NCBI GenBank assembly: GCA_964016885.1
Contig: OZ024756.1
Coordinates: 3,348,001 to 3,412,000 of the forward strand
Reading direction: 5' to 3'
DNA: 64,000 nt
Origin: Eledone cirrhosa
Taxonomy: Eukaryota
Shown here: positions 1 through 14,820 of the stretch, in pieces
Position numbering within the stretch: position 1 is the stretch's first letter
Layout of the letters: every line of letters starts with the position of its first letter
Program-made: the position numbers and the translations under genes
Notes under the pieces: generated by a model
Seen by the model: the letters and a program-made list of their open reading frames with translations, nothing else
Databases searched by the model: none
Told to the model about the DNA's origin: nothing

Positions 1-84
1 CCAAAACCTTTGGTACGCTATCATCAGATAAAATACCAAATGTTTTATAAATATTTGATATGACCAAGTTATCCCTGGATAGGT
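1..84 (-). mobile_element. PLE-like family C fragment (inverted copy, 5' half of HHR), cut by window edge
   Basis: 13-68 is the reverse complement of about 441-500 (TGGTACGCTATCATCAGATAAAATAC vs GTATTTTATCTGATGATAGCGTACCA). Confidence 0.65.
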
Positions 85-94
85 TAAGATAATA

Positions 95-273
95 TAATTG
101 TTTCTACTTTTTGGCACAAGGCCAGCAATTATTCCAGTGTATTACTGGTACTTTATTTTATCAACCTCGTAAGGATGAAATGCAAAGTTAATCTCGGCGG
201 GATTTGAACTCAGTCCGTAAAGGGAAGTAACTGTGCTACAAAGCATGACGTCCGACAATCTACCGATACTGCC
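95..273 (-). mobile_element. tRNA-derived SINE, family 1
   Basis: B-box GAGTTCAAATCC on minus strand, core TTTCATCCTTACG..GATAAAATAAAGTACCAG, 14-bp TSD TAAGATAATATAAT at 85-98 and 275-288. Confidence 0.85.
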
Positions 274-409
274 CTAAGATAATATAATATATAATAATAT
301 ATAGGTTATAACAATATTCATCCATGCAGAATAGTGTTGCGTATGTGCTGTGGTGGTATATTTAGTGCGATTCCGTGGGGGTGGAAGTGCGAAGGAATGA
401 GGGAGTAAA

Positions 410-673
410 AGAGATAACTTGAACCGTTAAGGTATATCATCCTTGGTCATGACAAATATTTATAAAACATTTTGTATTTTATCTGATGATAGCGTACCAA
501 AATTGTTGGTACCCTTGAAATATATATAATAGAATAAATATGGTTTTATAAATATAGTTTCCATTTATTTAATATCAATTGAATATTTACTCAAGAAAAT
601 TCTGCCGAGTGCTTTGAATCAGTTGTAAACATCGATATTCGTTGGATTTACAACAAGTTAAATATCTCTTCTA
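410..673 (+). mobile_element. PLE-like family C pLTR/3' end
   Basis: Similar copies at 43115-43300(-), 43988-44298 and 60011-60172; contains HHR. Confidence 0.7.
475..536 (+). ncRNA. Hammerhead ribozyme type I, minimal (family C)
   Basis: Helix I TATTTTAT/ATAGAATA; core CTGATGA 483-489; helix II AGCGTACCAA/TTGGTACCCT; GAAA 517-520; palindromic TATATA; TA cleavage site. Confidence 0.8.
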
Positions 674-674
674 C

Positions 675-879
675 AAAAGTATGACCCCGACGGCGGAGCT
701 CAAGCCGTTTCGATAGCTATTTCTGGACTAAAAACTTTTTAGTCGAAAAATAGCCGTCGAAACGGCTTGAGCTCTGCCGTCGGGGTAATACTTTTTCCTA
801 TTTCCCACTCTACTACCCTAAGTATTGAGTACTCTGGTGTGTTATGGTCCATCTGGTTTCTTACCACTATTCCTTTGTT
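675..879. mobile_element. Family H fold-back element (inverted arms 675-795 plus 3' tail)
   Basis: GACCCCGACGGC.GAGCTCAAGCCGTTTCG arm and its reverse complement, then tail CCCACTCTACTACCCTAAGTATTGAGTACT running into (TA)n; 8 related copies in the window. Confidence 0.75.
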
Positions 880-1607
880 ATATATATATATATGTGTATA
901 TATATATATATATAGTGTGCGTGTGTGAGTGTGTATTTATATATACACATATATTATATATATGTGTGTGTGTGTGTGAGTATGTATTTATATATACACA
1001 TATATTATATATATGTGTGTGTGTGAGTGTGTATTTATATATACACATATATTATATATATATGGGTGTGTGTGTGTGTATGTATTTAGATATACACATA
1101 TTTTATGTATATGTGTGTCTGTGTGTATGTATTTAGATATACACATATTTTATATATATATGTGTGTGTGTGTATGTATTTATATATAGACATATTTTAT
1201 ATATATATGTGTGTGTGTATTTATTTATATATACACATATTATATATATATATGTGTGTGTGTGTGTGTATGTATTTATATATAGACATATTTTATATAT
1301 ATATGTGTGTGTGTGTATTTATATATATATAGACATATTTTATATATATATATGTGTGTGTGTGTATGTATTTATTTATATATAGACAGACATATTTTAT
1401 ATATATGTGTGTGTGTATTTATATATAAACAAATATATATATGTGTGTGTGTGTATGTATTTATATATACAGATATATTATAAATATATGTGTGTGTGTG
1501 TATGTATTTATATATACACATATATTATATATATATGTGTGTGTGTGTATGTATTTATATATACACATATATTTATATACATATATTTACATATATGTAT
1601 ATACATA

Positions 1608-1662
<55 letters not shown>

Positions 1663-1872
1663 GTGTTAATACATATAAATATGTGTCTATATATATATAT
1701 GTGTTTATATATATATGTATGTATATATATGTATATATATATACATACATATGTGTATATATATATATACATGTATATATATATACTTGTATATATATAT
1801 ACATGTATATATATATACAAGTAAATATATATACATGTATATGTGTATATATATATATGTATATATATATAC

Positions 1873-1903
<31 letters not shown>

Positions 1904-1975
1904 CATATGTGTTTATATATGTTTCATATATACATATGTGTATATATATATATATGTTTTTATATATACATATAC

Positions 1976-2046
<71 letters not shown>
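880..2046. repeat. Degenerate (TA)n/(TG)n microsatellite with higher-order ~42-bp units
   Basis: Direct reading. Confidence 0.95.
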
Positions 2047-2300
2047 TAGTAATAATAATAAATTTGAAGACTAAAATCCAAAGAGGGATAAATATATATT
2101 CGTATATATTACCTGTATGTTTTGCGAAGGGAACGTTTCCATGAACCAAAGTATCACCTTCCCCTTTCCCTTCGGTTGCAACGTTTTTTTAAATATTTAC
2201 TTCTGCGTTCACCGATTGACTTTTTTATTTTCACAAGATCCCGTTAAGGGTGAAAGCAGCGATTCTTTACTTAAACTTTAATCTGTTATTTTAATAAATA
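2047..2300. mobile_element. Family B composite: inverted 3' tail (2047-2100), unassigned spacer, 5'-truncated HHR arm (2235-2300)
   Basis: Matches both parts of the 48234-48474 copy. Confidence 0.65.
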
Positions 2301-3162
2301 TATACATACATATATATATATGTGTATATACATGTATATATATATATGTATATATACATTAATATATATATACATATATATATGTGTGTATATAGATGTA
2401 TATATATATGTACATATATACATTAATATATATATACATATATATATGTGTGTATATATGTATATATATATGTATACATATATGTATATACATATACATA
2501 TATATATACATATGTATATACATATATGTATATGTATATACATATATGTATATATATATACATATTATATGTATATATATATACATATTATATGTATATA
2601 TATATACATATATACATATTATATGTATATATATATATATACATATATACATATTATATGTATATATATATATACATATATGTATATATATATATACATA
2701 TATATATGTATATATATATATACGTATATATGTATATATATATATACGTATATATATATATACATATATATGTATATATATATATACATATATTTGTATA
2801 TATATATATATATACATATATATGTATATATGTATATATATGTGTATATATGTATACATATATATGTATATATATATACATATATGTGTATATATATATA
2901 CATATATACATATATATATATATACATATATACATATATATATATATGTATATATATATGTATATATATATGTATATATATATGTATATATATATGTATA
3001 TATATATGTATATATATATGTATATATATATGTATATATATATATGTATATATATATATGTATATATATATATGTATATGTATATATATGTATATGTATA
3101 TATATGTATATGCATATATATGTATGTATATATGTATGTATATATGTATGTATATATGTATG

Positions 3163-3196
<34 letters not shown>

Positions 3197-3246
3197 TGTA
3201 TGTATGTATGTATATATGTATGTATATATGTATGTATATATGTATG

Positions 3247-3280
<34 letters not shown>

Positions 3281-3398
3281 TGTATGTATGTATGTATGTA
3301 TGTATGTATGTATATATGTATGTATATATGTATGTATATATGTATGTATGTATATATGTATGTATATATATATATATGTATGTATATATATATATATG

Positions 3399-3453
<55 letters not shown>

Positions 3454-3508
3454 GTATACATATATGTATACATATATGTATACATATATGTATATATATA
3501 TGTATATA

Positions 3509-3549
<41 letters not shown>

Positions 3550-3600
3550 ATATATATGTATATATATATATGTATATATATATATGTATATATATATATG

Positions 3601-3631
<31 letters not shown>

Positions 3632-3832
3632 GTATATATATATATGTATATATATATATGTATATATATATATGTATATATATATATGTATATATATGTA
3701 TATATGTATATATATGTATATATATATATGTATATATATATATGTATATATATATATGTATATATATATATATGTATATATATATATGTATATATATATA
3801 TATGTATATATATATATGTATATATATATACA
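2298..3832. repeat. (TA)n array with TATG/TACA variants
   Basis: Direct reading. Confidence 0.95.
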
Positions 3833-4328
3833 TTATGAAGAGAGAAGAAACATTTAGATATAATTAGTAATAAAATGTATCATACCTAAACTGTTCCTAA
3901 ATTCCTCGACTACGTAGTTTCGTGGCATAAACAAAAACAATATATCAAAGATATAGAGTCCTTGCGAGGTCTGCCGACTTATCAAGAGGATACCTCATTT
4001 TACTAGTCTCAAGAACGCGTCTACACGACGTGAGAAAGAATCCCAAAAGGCGGAGGGGGAGACAGTCACGCGATATAACGGTCGAGAAACAGAGCTAAGC
4101 CTCTTATAACCACGAAGAAAATACCACGGAGGCGGAGGGGGCATTCATATCGAGGCCGTAGAAGAGGTAGTGAAGAAGGCGAGAAGTATGAGTAATGGAA
4201 GCTTTCCAGTTGTCCCCACACTTCAAAGATTGCTCGACCAGAGGGAGTTATTAATATATTTAGAAACACACAGTGCGGATGCATTCATGTATATATGTGT
4301 GTGTCCGCATGTATCTGTGTGTTTCTAA

Positions 4329-6178
<1,850 letters not shown>

Positions 6179-6572
6179 TGTGTGTGTGTGCATTTACATG
6201 TATATATTATATATCAAATATGAAAGCATATACACTTTGAGTAATATAATCATAAAATCTCGCTATGGACATTTTAATCGGTGCGCATGTCACAGGTACT
6301 TCAGTGGCTGAATGAGACTATCAGATATGTGTTTCTTGATTGTTATCCAACATCGCTGACGTTTCTTCACGTGGTACTGAGACAATTATAAGCTATAGCT
6401 TATGTGCTTTTTGCGTACAAACACCAACTGAAGAATCTCATTTACATGTAGTGCAAATATAATCATCCATTGGATATGGTAATTCAAACTTGAGGGGATA
6501 GGATTACTGGGCAGTTGTACTGAAACAGCGTAGTTCATCATTAAGTGGTGTATGAAGTCATATACGATTGGA

Positions 6573-6889
6573 CAGCGGTGTGCAACATATACCATTGGCG
6601 GGTCACTTTTGGACATTGGAACAACTATTAGGGCCATTAATATTTGTTAAGCCCTATTCCAAAGATTCACCACAACTTCTTTCTATAACAGGGAACTGGG
6701 AAATTATAACATACATAACCCTATCAGAACAAAACCCTATCAGTGAAGCCCTTTAGTATAGGTTAACTAACGATTACGAAAAAATTCTAATAAGTCTACA
6801 AGGTAACATTTAAATACAGTGTCGGGGGCCACTCTGACTGGTCAGGCGGGCTGGGTTGTAGCCCACGGGCCGCCTGTTGCACGCTCCTG
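6573..6889. mobile_element. hAT-like MITE
   Basis: Imperfect TIRs CAGCGGTGTGCAACA / TGTTGCACGCTCCTG (12/15), subterminal GCCCACGGGCCG, degenerate 8-bp TSD CGATTGGA / CAATAGGA. Confidence 0.6.
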
Positions 6890-7302
6890 CAATAGGAGTA
6901 TAAAAAACTAATTATACATAAGTCTGACGATGAATATTGTCACAGCTATATCGATATGAGTATGATGGACACCATTTTGGGATGTTTAGATATTTAGTCA
7001 TTTATTCTCGTCTCAGTACCATCATGGTAAATATCACTTATAGCGGGTAAATATCATATATGTAAATATGTTGGTCTAACTACACCAAAATTAAGTGTTA
7101 TTTTTATTCATGACAAACGTAAGTGTAGCATACCTATAAAATCCTGATCCAATAATTTATATATTTACAGAGTAATTTGTGATAAATTAGTCTGAAGAGC
7201 AGATAGATAATGGAGAAGGGTCCAACTTTTCTAGGTCTAGTTGTGCACCTGAACCAAACCTCAGCGAAACGTGCATAACAGATCGATAGCCAAACAAAAA
7301 TC

Positions 7303-7727
7303 TTCATGTCAACATTGCCTCTGCCATTCCTAAAGCCACTTTGGGACTCAGGAAGTACCTCAACAGCAATGTGCTGTATCAATCTGTCCAACAATATCCT
7401 GCACAACATCTTCCCAGCCACAGATAGCAGTAAAATACTTCTGTAGTTGCCACAGTCATCTTTGGCTCCTTTTCCTTTGTAAAGTACCACCATCAATGCA
7501 TCTTTCCAATCCTGGGGTACATCTTCTTCATTCCAAACATTCACAAAGAGATCAGTGAGGCGGTTTAAGAAGTTATCACCAGCACACTTGAACATTTCGG
7601 CACTCAGTCCATCCATTCCAGGTGACTTGCCGCTGTTTAATTTGGCAATGGCCTTCGCCACCTCATCAAATGAAGGAGGATCAGCCATTGCCAGCTTAGT
7701 AGGTCTGGATGAAATCGACCGGATGAC
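7303..7727 (-). pseudogene. RTE-clade LINE reverse transcriptase fragment
   Basis: Translation PPSFDEVAKAIAKLNSGKSPGMDGLSAEMFK...VPQDWKDALMVVLYKGKG...CGNYRSILLLSVAGKML...LPESQSGFR, typical of the N-terminal RT region of RTE elements. Confidence 0.9.
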
Positions 7728-7750
7728 ACATATATACACACACACACACA

Positions 7751-7829
<79 letters not shown>

Positions 7830-7832
<3 letters not shown>

Positions 7833-7925
7833 ATGAAATATCAATGATGGTTGGCAAATCACTGACGAAGGACTATTTTTATCATATGTAACCCATGTGC
7901 AACCACGCAGTATTCTTCTTTCTTC
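7830..7925. repeat. Unclassified dispersed repeat (family O), inverted copy at about 46145-46232
   Basis: GCGATGAAATA.CAATGA.GGTTGGCA.ATCACTGA.GAAGGACTA shared by both copies. Confidence 0.6.
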
Positions 7926-7929
7926 TCAT

Positions 7930-8002
<73 letters not shown>

Positions 8003-8012
8003 CATATATACT

Positions 8013-8050
<38 letters not shown>

Positions 8051-8143
8051 AGTATGTATGTATGTATGTATATATATATATATATATATACATACATACT
8101 TGCATATATATATATATATATATATACATACATACATACTTGC

Positions 8144-8252
<109 letters not shown>

Positions 8253-8385
8253 CATACTTGCATATATATATATATACATATATATATAGTTAGATGCACC
8301 TTACTTCATATCTCCCCCAAATTCTACCAAACGACTTTGACTAAGAACGGAATTATTATACCCTTAAATGTAAATGCTTACTGTC

Positions 8386-8464
8386 TGAGAGAGGGAGAGA
8401 GAGAGAGGAGGAGAGGGGGAGAGAGAGAGAGGGAGAGAGGGGGAGAGAGAGAGAGGGAGAGAGG

Positions 8465-8522
<58 letters not shown>
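8386..8522. repeat. (GA)n microsatellite
   Basis: Direct reading. Confidence 0.95.
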
Positions 8523-8523
<1 letters not shown>

Positions 8524-8837
8524 CAACCTGAAAATGGTCTTTAAAAAGGAACTGTCCTTATTGGACGTGCGATATTTTGTGCGAATAACCTCTTGTCTTT
8601 TTTCTTGAGAGGTGTGTTACCTGACTGAGTCATAAGAACGCTGAAGTGAATCACCGTATGTCTTAGTCATTGTTACTCTTTAGTTACTCTTTAGTTACCA
8701 CTCTGGTCAAAACAGGTCTGGTTCTATGAAATAAACTCACCTATTGTAAAGTTTTCTAATTCAAATGAAAATCTTGCAGCATAATTTTATATAAGAATAA
8801 TATGTTAAGTTACTATCTTAGTAATGAAATAATTTAT

Positions 8838-9026
8838 AATTGTTTCTACTTTAGGCACAAGGCCAGCAATTATTCAGTACATTACTGGTACTTTATTTTA
8901 TCGACCCCGTAAGGATGAAAGGCAAAGTCAACCTCGGCGGGATTTGAACTCAGAGCGTAAAGGGACGTAACTATGCTGGAAAGCATGGCGTCAGACCCTC
9001 TACCGATACTGCCAATCCACCACCCT
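8838..9026 (-). mobile_element. tRNA-derived SINE, family 1
   Basis: Full-length match to the other copies, A and B boxes present. Confidence 0.85.
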
Positions 9027-9240
9027 CAACATCAACATTCTTCATTAAATCATTGAAACAGAGTATTTCATTAGAAATGTGGCCGGAGCTGACCCTCCTT
9101 GTTAAGGATCTAACAGAGATAAACTACAATTTCCAATATATGGAGGCGTGAAACGAATCAAGATCTGAAATATTTAGTTCTTGATATTTCATTTCTGTTG
9201 CTCCCCTCTTGTTTTACCTTTCATTATTCCTACAGTATAA

Positions 9241-9428
9241 GGGCGGTGAATTGGCAGTATCGGTTGAGGGTCGGACATGCTTTCCAGCATAGTTATGTCC
9301 CTTTACGATCTGAGTTCAAATCCGGCCGAGGTTAACTTTGCCTTTCATCCTTACGGGGTCGATAAAATAAAGTACCAGTAATGTACTGTATAATTGCTGG
9401 CCTTGTGCCTAAAATAGAAACAATTATT
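9241..9428 (+). mobile_element. tRNA-derived SINE, family 1, full length with TSD
   Basis: A-box TGGCAGTATCGG, B-box GAGTTCAAATCC; ATTATTCCTACAGTATAAG duplicated at 9223-9241 and 9423-9441. Confidence 0.9.
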
Positions 9429-9440
9429 CCTACAGTATAA

Positions 9441-9640
9441 GTAGAGGGTCGGACTCCATCTTTTGCAGCATAGAGATACAGTCCTTTATGGTCTGAGTTC
9501 AAATCCAGCCGAGGTTAATTTTGCCTTTCCTCCTTACGGGGTCGATAAAATAAAACACCTGTAACGTACTTGGGTCGATTTAATTGACTTTCCTTCCCCC
9601 AAATTACTGGCCTTGTGCCTCTACTAGAAATCCTTATTCT
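9441..9640 (+). mobile_element. SINE family 1, long variant
   Basis: Same body plus extra segment GGGTCGATTTAATTGACTTTCC. Confidence 0.8.
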
Positions 9641-9809
9641 TATTTTATTTTCCTGTGTTTCATACTCTTGTTTCTTGATGAGTGCTGAATAATCTTTCTT
9701 CTGCGTGTGTGCCTTTCACTCACTGCTTCCGTCTCTCTCGCTCTCCCCATATCTCACTATATCTCACATAAGCAAATGGGAGCCTACGCACTGGCCACAC
9801 CACGGCCCC

Positions 9810-9960
9810 TTCGGACAGATTAGAGAGGCGTTTCCTCGGAGGATGGTGAGGGAGACGTATTGGAAGGGCCATTTCAACTCGCGAGGCTCACACCTGCGGG
9901 TAGCCAACACCGTGCCTATGGTGAGGGAGTAGGGAGGTGGTCCTAGCCAACACCGTACCG
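9810..9960 (-). pseudogene. CRE-like non-LTR retrotransposon C-terminal fragment
   Basis: LGPP..SLTIGTVLATRRCEPRELKWPFQYVSLTILRGNASLI resembles the FQRxSxAxQRGNA end motif after the restriction-like endonuclease (recognition from memory). Confidence 0.55.
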
Positions 9961-10499
9961 ATGGTGGTGAGTAGAGAGGTGGTCCCAGGGTAAAAATACT
10001 ACAAGTCTCCACTGCCCTCTGAATAATATAGGGCAATAGATACACCTCCCAGTATTTCATGACATACCAACCAGCTCTATACAGAAATGTACATTGATTA
10101 AATAAATAAATAAATATATAAATAAGTAAATAAACAAACAAATGTGAATTTGGTAATGGTTGAAACTCCACACATACGATAATGTTAGTGTGGAACTAGA
10201 GAGGGAGACTTGCAGTCCGGCGGCGCACACGCACCGACTGACTTTGTGTGCTACTGTGTATAGTCTAGAGACAAGTTCTGATGCCCCTCCAAGCTATATC
10301 AACAGTCGTCACTAGACACTAGAGTTGTTAGCAGTAGCTAGACTGACTGATAGTCACAGACAGACATGTGACAAGCATACAGGCAGTCAGACATTTTAAC
10401 ACTCACAAAGACACACACACACACACACATTTATATATAGAGATACGTAAAGTCCCGACCGTGGTGGTAAGCGGTCTCCCCAGTTTCAGCACTACAGAA

Positions 10500-10543
<44 letters not shown>

Positions 10544-10729
10544 ATATATATATATATATATTAAATTAATAAAAATAATGAATAAACAAAGAAACAGTTC
10601 CTTATATTAAAAAATTCATCATTTTACGATCGTTTCTAGGATATATATGTGTTAGTGTTGGTATGCATATCATCATGATTTATCTACATATATATATATA
10701 TATTTATAAATATATATATATATATAAGT

Positions 10730-10942
10730 GAAGGCGTGTGGCTGAGTGGTTAGAGAATTGGATTCGCAATCGTAAGTTTGTGAGTTCGATTCCTGGACCA
10801 GGCGATGCGTTATGTCCTTGAGCAAGACACTTTATTTCACTTTGCTCCTTCCACCTGGAGTTGCGACCGATAGATAGTATTAGCAATTGGAAAGACCAAC
10901 GGAAACATTGTTCCCTCGGTCCGATTTGACGAAAGTCGATCG
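10730..10942 (+). mobile_element. tRNA-derived SINE, family 2 (CORE/V-like central domain)
   Basis: A-box TGGCTGAGTGG, B-box GTTCGATTCC 10784-10793, TGTCCTTGAGCAAGACACTT domain; second copy at 13454. Confidence 0.85.
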
Positions 10943-10955
10943 TCTTTTTCTATCG

Positions 10956-10992
<37 letters not shown>

Positions 10993-11052
10993 TAGATAGA
11001 TAGATAGATAGATAAATATACACGGGTGTGTATGATTGTGTATAGAAGATTA

Positions 11053-11235
11053 TATTAATAAAAGGAATTCCAACTTTGTCTGATTTACTCGTTTTATTTA
11101 CAATCCTTTAACATTTATAATCGTATTAGAATGAAAAAGTATGGCAGAGTGTTAATTGAACAGGTACTTTCATGCTTTCGCAATCTTCAGGTTCATAATG
11201 TGTGGTGACAGTCAAGTTCGCAATTTTCAACTGTG

Positions 11236-11236
<1 letters not shown>
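11053..11236 (-). mobile_element. PLE-like family M 3' fragment
   Basis: Second copy at 44873-45085; carries HHR; flanked by TA. Confidence 0.65.
11157..11195 (-). ncRNA. Hammerhead ribozyme, minimal (family M, cleavage-site mutant)
   Basis: Minus strand TGAAC CTGAAGA T TGC GAAA GCA T GAAA GTAC CT GTTCA; U16.1 replaced by C in this copy. Confidence 0.7.
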
Positions 11237-11281
<45 letters not shown>

Positions 11282-11697
11282 TTGTATATATACTATACAT
11301 ATATTATAGTCTTCATAAATATATATATTTAGATATCTCAATATTACATTTATGTATATTTAATCACAGCTTCGTACTTACAAGCACACACATACAATCT
11401 TTTACTTACATATACACACACATATCCTCTTAGTTTCGTGCAAAGGTATAATAACACACACGCAAACACAAACACACACACACACAAGTATAGTTCTATA
11501 TACAAAACATGTTTTTCCCTTTTAGATACACGCGCTCCATCATCCACTTTTTCTAAAAAATATATCATACACAAAACGCCAGCATCAACAGTTTTCCAAG
11601 AGATGGCAACATGAATCGACCTGTTATTTTTCTCTAAAAAAAGGTTTTCCGACTATGGCCCTCCCCGTTCCCTAAATTTTTCTAATCTCTCATTCTT

Positions 11698-11733
11698 TCT
11701 TCTGATGAAGGACTAGCGTCCGAAACGTTAAGA
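11698..11733 (+). ncRNA. Hammerhead ribozyme, minimal (family G; element about 11650-11820)
   Basis: TCTT CTGATGA A GGAC TAGC GTCC GAAA CG TT AAGA. Confidence 0.85.
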
Positions 11734-11823
11734 CCCATTTCCTCTATTTTCAAGCGTTAAACTAATATATTCGTTCCATATACTGTACCGATTGTGTTGT
11801 TATTTCTGTTTACCTTTTGTATA

Positions 11824-11863
<40 letters not shown>

Positions 11864-11909
11864 CACACACATATATATGCATGTATGTATTATATATATA
11901 TAACTATAC

Positions 11910-11980
<71 letters not shown>

Positions 11981-11997
11981 CATTATATAAATATATA

Positions 11998-12215
11998 TAA
12001 TTGTTTCTTATATAGGCACAAAGCCAGCAATTTTGGCGGAGGGGAAAGTCGATTAAATCGACCCCAGTGCGTGACTGGTACTTTATTTTATCGACCCCGT
12101 AAGGATGAAAGGCAAAGCTAACCTCGGCTGGATTTGAACTCAGATCATAAAGGACCGTAACTCTATGCTGCAAAGCATGGCGTCCGGCCCTCTACCGACA
12201 CTGCCAATCCACCAC
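11998..12215 (-). mobile_element. SINE family 1, long variant
   Basis: Similar to 9441-9640. Confidence 0.85.
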
Positions 12216-12224
12216 TATATAATA

Positions 12225-12331
12225 ATAATTGTTTCTACTTTTGGCACAAGGCCAGTAATTACCCAGTACATTACTGGTACTTTATTTTATTGACCCCGTA
12301 AGGATGCTAACTTCGGCGGGATTTGAACTCA
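12225..12331 (-). mobile_element. SINE family 1, 5'-truncated
   Basis: 3' end and core match. Confidence 0.75.
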
Positions 12332-12589
12332 AATGATAATGAGATGGTGCAGGAACAACAGAAAGCCGAATTGGAAATTTTCTTTAGAATTTTAATCCTG
12401 CGTAAACACTATATATACATATTTCTGTGATTCTGTCTGTCTGTCAGTGTGTGCGTGTGTATGTGATGTGTGTGTGTGTCTGTCTGTCTGCGTGTATAGT
12501 TTGTGTGTGTGAGTAACCCAAACCCTGTGCACACTATTTCTAAAATAATGTTTTAAATGTTTATGATTGTAGTGTAATACATTTCATTA

Positions 12590-12990
12590 TGGCCATTAAG
12601 TTTTTCAGGTTTTATCTGAAAAGGAAAATCAGTATGGAGAGAGGAAAGTGTTGCTTTCCAGCCAGTTTGTTGAAAGGTGGGTGAGAGAAGCAAGCATGGC
12701 CCGTGGAAATGGGCCTACCCTGAGCGTTTACCTGTAGTATTGATGGAGGACAACTGGGAGAGGACGCTTGCCCTAGTTGCTACGGTAACCCTGACTTTTG
12801 TGGTCTTTCTCCACGATTAACTCTTAAAGTCTCCTCACCATTCGGGAATTTGTTGTTTATTTTAATAAATGTTTATTTTCGTAATCTCTGTCATAAATTC
12901 TATATAAAAACAAAAACACACTGTATCGTCCTGTACCAACTTTAATGTCTTCTTAATGTGAACCCTCTGTAGCTAATAAAGAAAACATTA
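12590..12990 (+). mobile_element. Tx1/L1-like LINE 3' end (degenerate)
   Basis: KFFRFYLKRKISMER / KVLLSSQFVERWVREASMAR...* across a frameshift, then 3' UTR ending GCTAATAAAGAAA (same terminus at 25280-25322). Confidence 0.45.
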
Positions 12991-13453
12991 TAGATATTTC
13001 ATAAGCAGCGCATGTGCACTGTCGTTAAATAATTGTGCAAATATGTAGTACTATTTCTTCCGGTTTTGTTTTCAAATCCAGTTGAAGTTCACTTTAGCTT
13101 TAATGTTTGCGGGGTTGATAAAATAAAGTACCCGTCAAGTACTCCACTTTCCCCTCCACACAAATGTTGACCTCATGCTTAAATTAGGAACCATGTTGCT
13201 TTTATTGTTTCGTTCGGACTAAAATGTTGCTGAAGACTTCACTAATTCCTTAGTCAAGAGGTAAACTGGTGTGGAGGGAATTTAGACTTAGATCATTGGG
13301 CCCTCGATTGAGCAAAAGATAAAATAAATTGACTGGCATCGAGGAACAACCAATGCCACTGTTGAGCAAACGGATGGCGATGGTCATCAAAAACAAAGCA
13401 TAGTGAGACCGTTTGCTTGCAAATGAATCAAATATTTCATTATTCAATATAAT

Positions 13454-13668
13454 GAAGGCGTGTGGCTGAGTGGTTAGAGAATTGGATTCACAATCTTGAG
13501 ATTGTGAGTTCGATTCCTGGACCGGGCGATGCGTTATGTCCTTGAGCAAGACACTTTATTTCACATTGCTCCTTCTACCTGGAGTTGCGACCGATAGATA
13601 GTATTAGCAACTGGAAAGACCGACGAAAACATTGTTTCCTCGGTCCGATTTGACGAAAGTCGATCGAT
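13454..13668 (+). mobile_element. tRNA-derived SINE, family 2
   Basis: Close match to 10730-10942. Confidence 0.85.
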
Positions 13669-13849
13669 CCTTAAATATAACCCATATATATTTCAAATAT
13701 TAACCCCCCACTATCAGTTGGTATTAAATACTACACCATGACAATCTGGTGTCATAGCTGCTAAACAAACACAAGGCCTTAACTGAGCAGTGATCATATC
13801 CGTTACCTAGTTTGGCATGGGTTCGGTGTAGTAGTGAGATAATGTCCGT

Positions 13850-14057
13850 TCCTCTCCCTCCCCCTCTCTCTATCTATCTCTTTCGATCTTCTCTCTCTCT
13901 CTCTCTCTCTATCTATATATCTATCTATCTCTCTCTCTCTCTATCTATATATCTATCTATCTCTCTCTCTCTCTACCTCTCAATCTATCTCTTTCGATCT
14001 TCTCTCTCTCTCTCTCTCTATCTATCTGTCTATATATCTATTTATCTATCTCTTTCG

Positions 14058-14099
<42 letters not shown>

Positions 14100-14242
14100 T
14101 CTCTCTATCTATCTCTATCTTTCAATATCTATCTGTCTGTCTGTCTATCTGTCTATATATCTACCCATCACTCTCTCTAGCTATCTATCTCTTTCGATCT
14201 TCTCTCTCTCTCGCTATCTATCTATCTACCCCCCCCCTCTCT
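13850..14242. repeat. (CT)n/(CTAT)n compound microsatellite
   Basis: Direct reading; recurring TTTCGATCTT unit. Confidence 0.9.
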
Positions 14243-14302
14243 GTACAGCCCTTACGTGAACTGATCCACTAAACTTCCTCACTTCATATTTCAACCTAGA
14301 TT

Positions 14303-14770
14303 CAGTTTTTCGAATATTAATAATTGTTTCTACTTTAGCCACAAGGCCAGCAATTACCCAATGCATTACTGGTACTTTATTTTATCGACCCCGTAATAAT
14401 AACATTCGATTCGTTTGCAATTATGCAAACAAGCCTAATTTTTTATAGCCATGTCAGTAGAATGAACACTTCATTCTTGCTCTTGTGTTGGCATGTGAAC
14501 AGAACTGCAGACACTGATATTTCAGGGTATCACCCTTCATCAGTACGTCTCACTGTTCACTTGCCAAACTGTCAGAGCTAGAGAAAATATAAGCTATTTT
14601 CTAAAGTATACAGTGACTGACTGGCCTGATTTGCATATTAGCAGACTGTTTACATGCCACCACAAGAGCAAAGAATGAAGAGTTCATTCTACTGACATGG
14701 CTATAAAAATGAGGCTTGTTTGCATAATTGCAAACGAATCGAATGTTATTATTAATATTCGAAAAACTCA
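14303..14770. mobile_element. PLE-like family J fold-back element with a SINE-1 3' fragment (14320-14396) in the left arm
   Basis: Arms AGTTTTTCGAATATTAATAA..TAACATTCGATTCG..GGCATGT and reverse complement at 14645-14769; third copy at 49372-49495. Confidence 0.75.
14488..14567 (-). ncRNA. Hammerhead ribozyme (family J) with extended helix I
   Basis: Minus strand CTGATGA AGGGT GAT ACCCT GAAA TA TC; distal helix I TTGGCAAGTGAACAG / CTGTTCACATGCCAA; proximal pairs decayed. Confidence 0.7.
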
Positions 14771-14774
14771 TTAC

Positions 14775-14819
<45 letters not shown>

Positions 14820-14820
<1 letters not shown>

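Noticed and set aside
6240-6570. Possible host exons in unique-looking stretches (also 20900-21500, 29240-29750)
   Set aside because: No recognisable protein similarity or convincing splice-bounded frame by eye; small exons cannot be excluded.
7862-7900. Family O CTGACGAAGGACT as an HHR (CTGATGAAGGACT in the 46185 copy)
   Set aside because: Neither copy has the closing GTCC-GAAA.
10730-10800. tRNA genes at A/B-box sites (also 9241, 13454, 45851)
   Set aside because: No complete cloverleaf; each continues into a SINE body.
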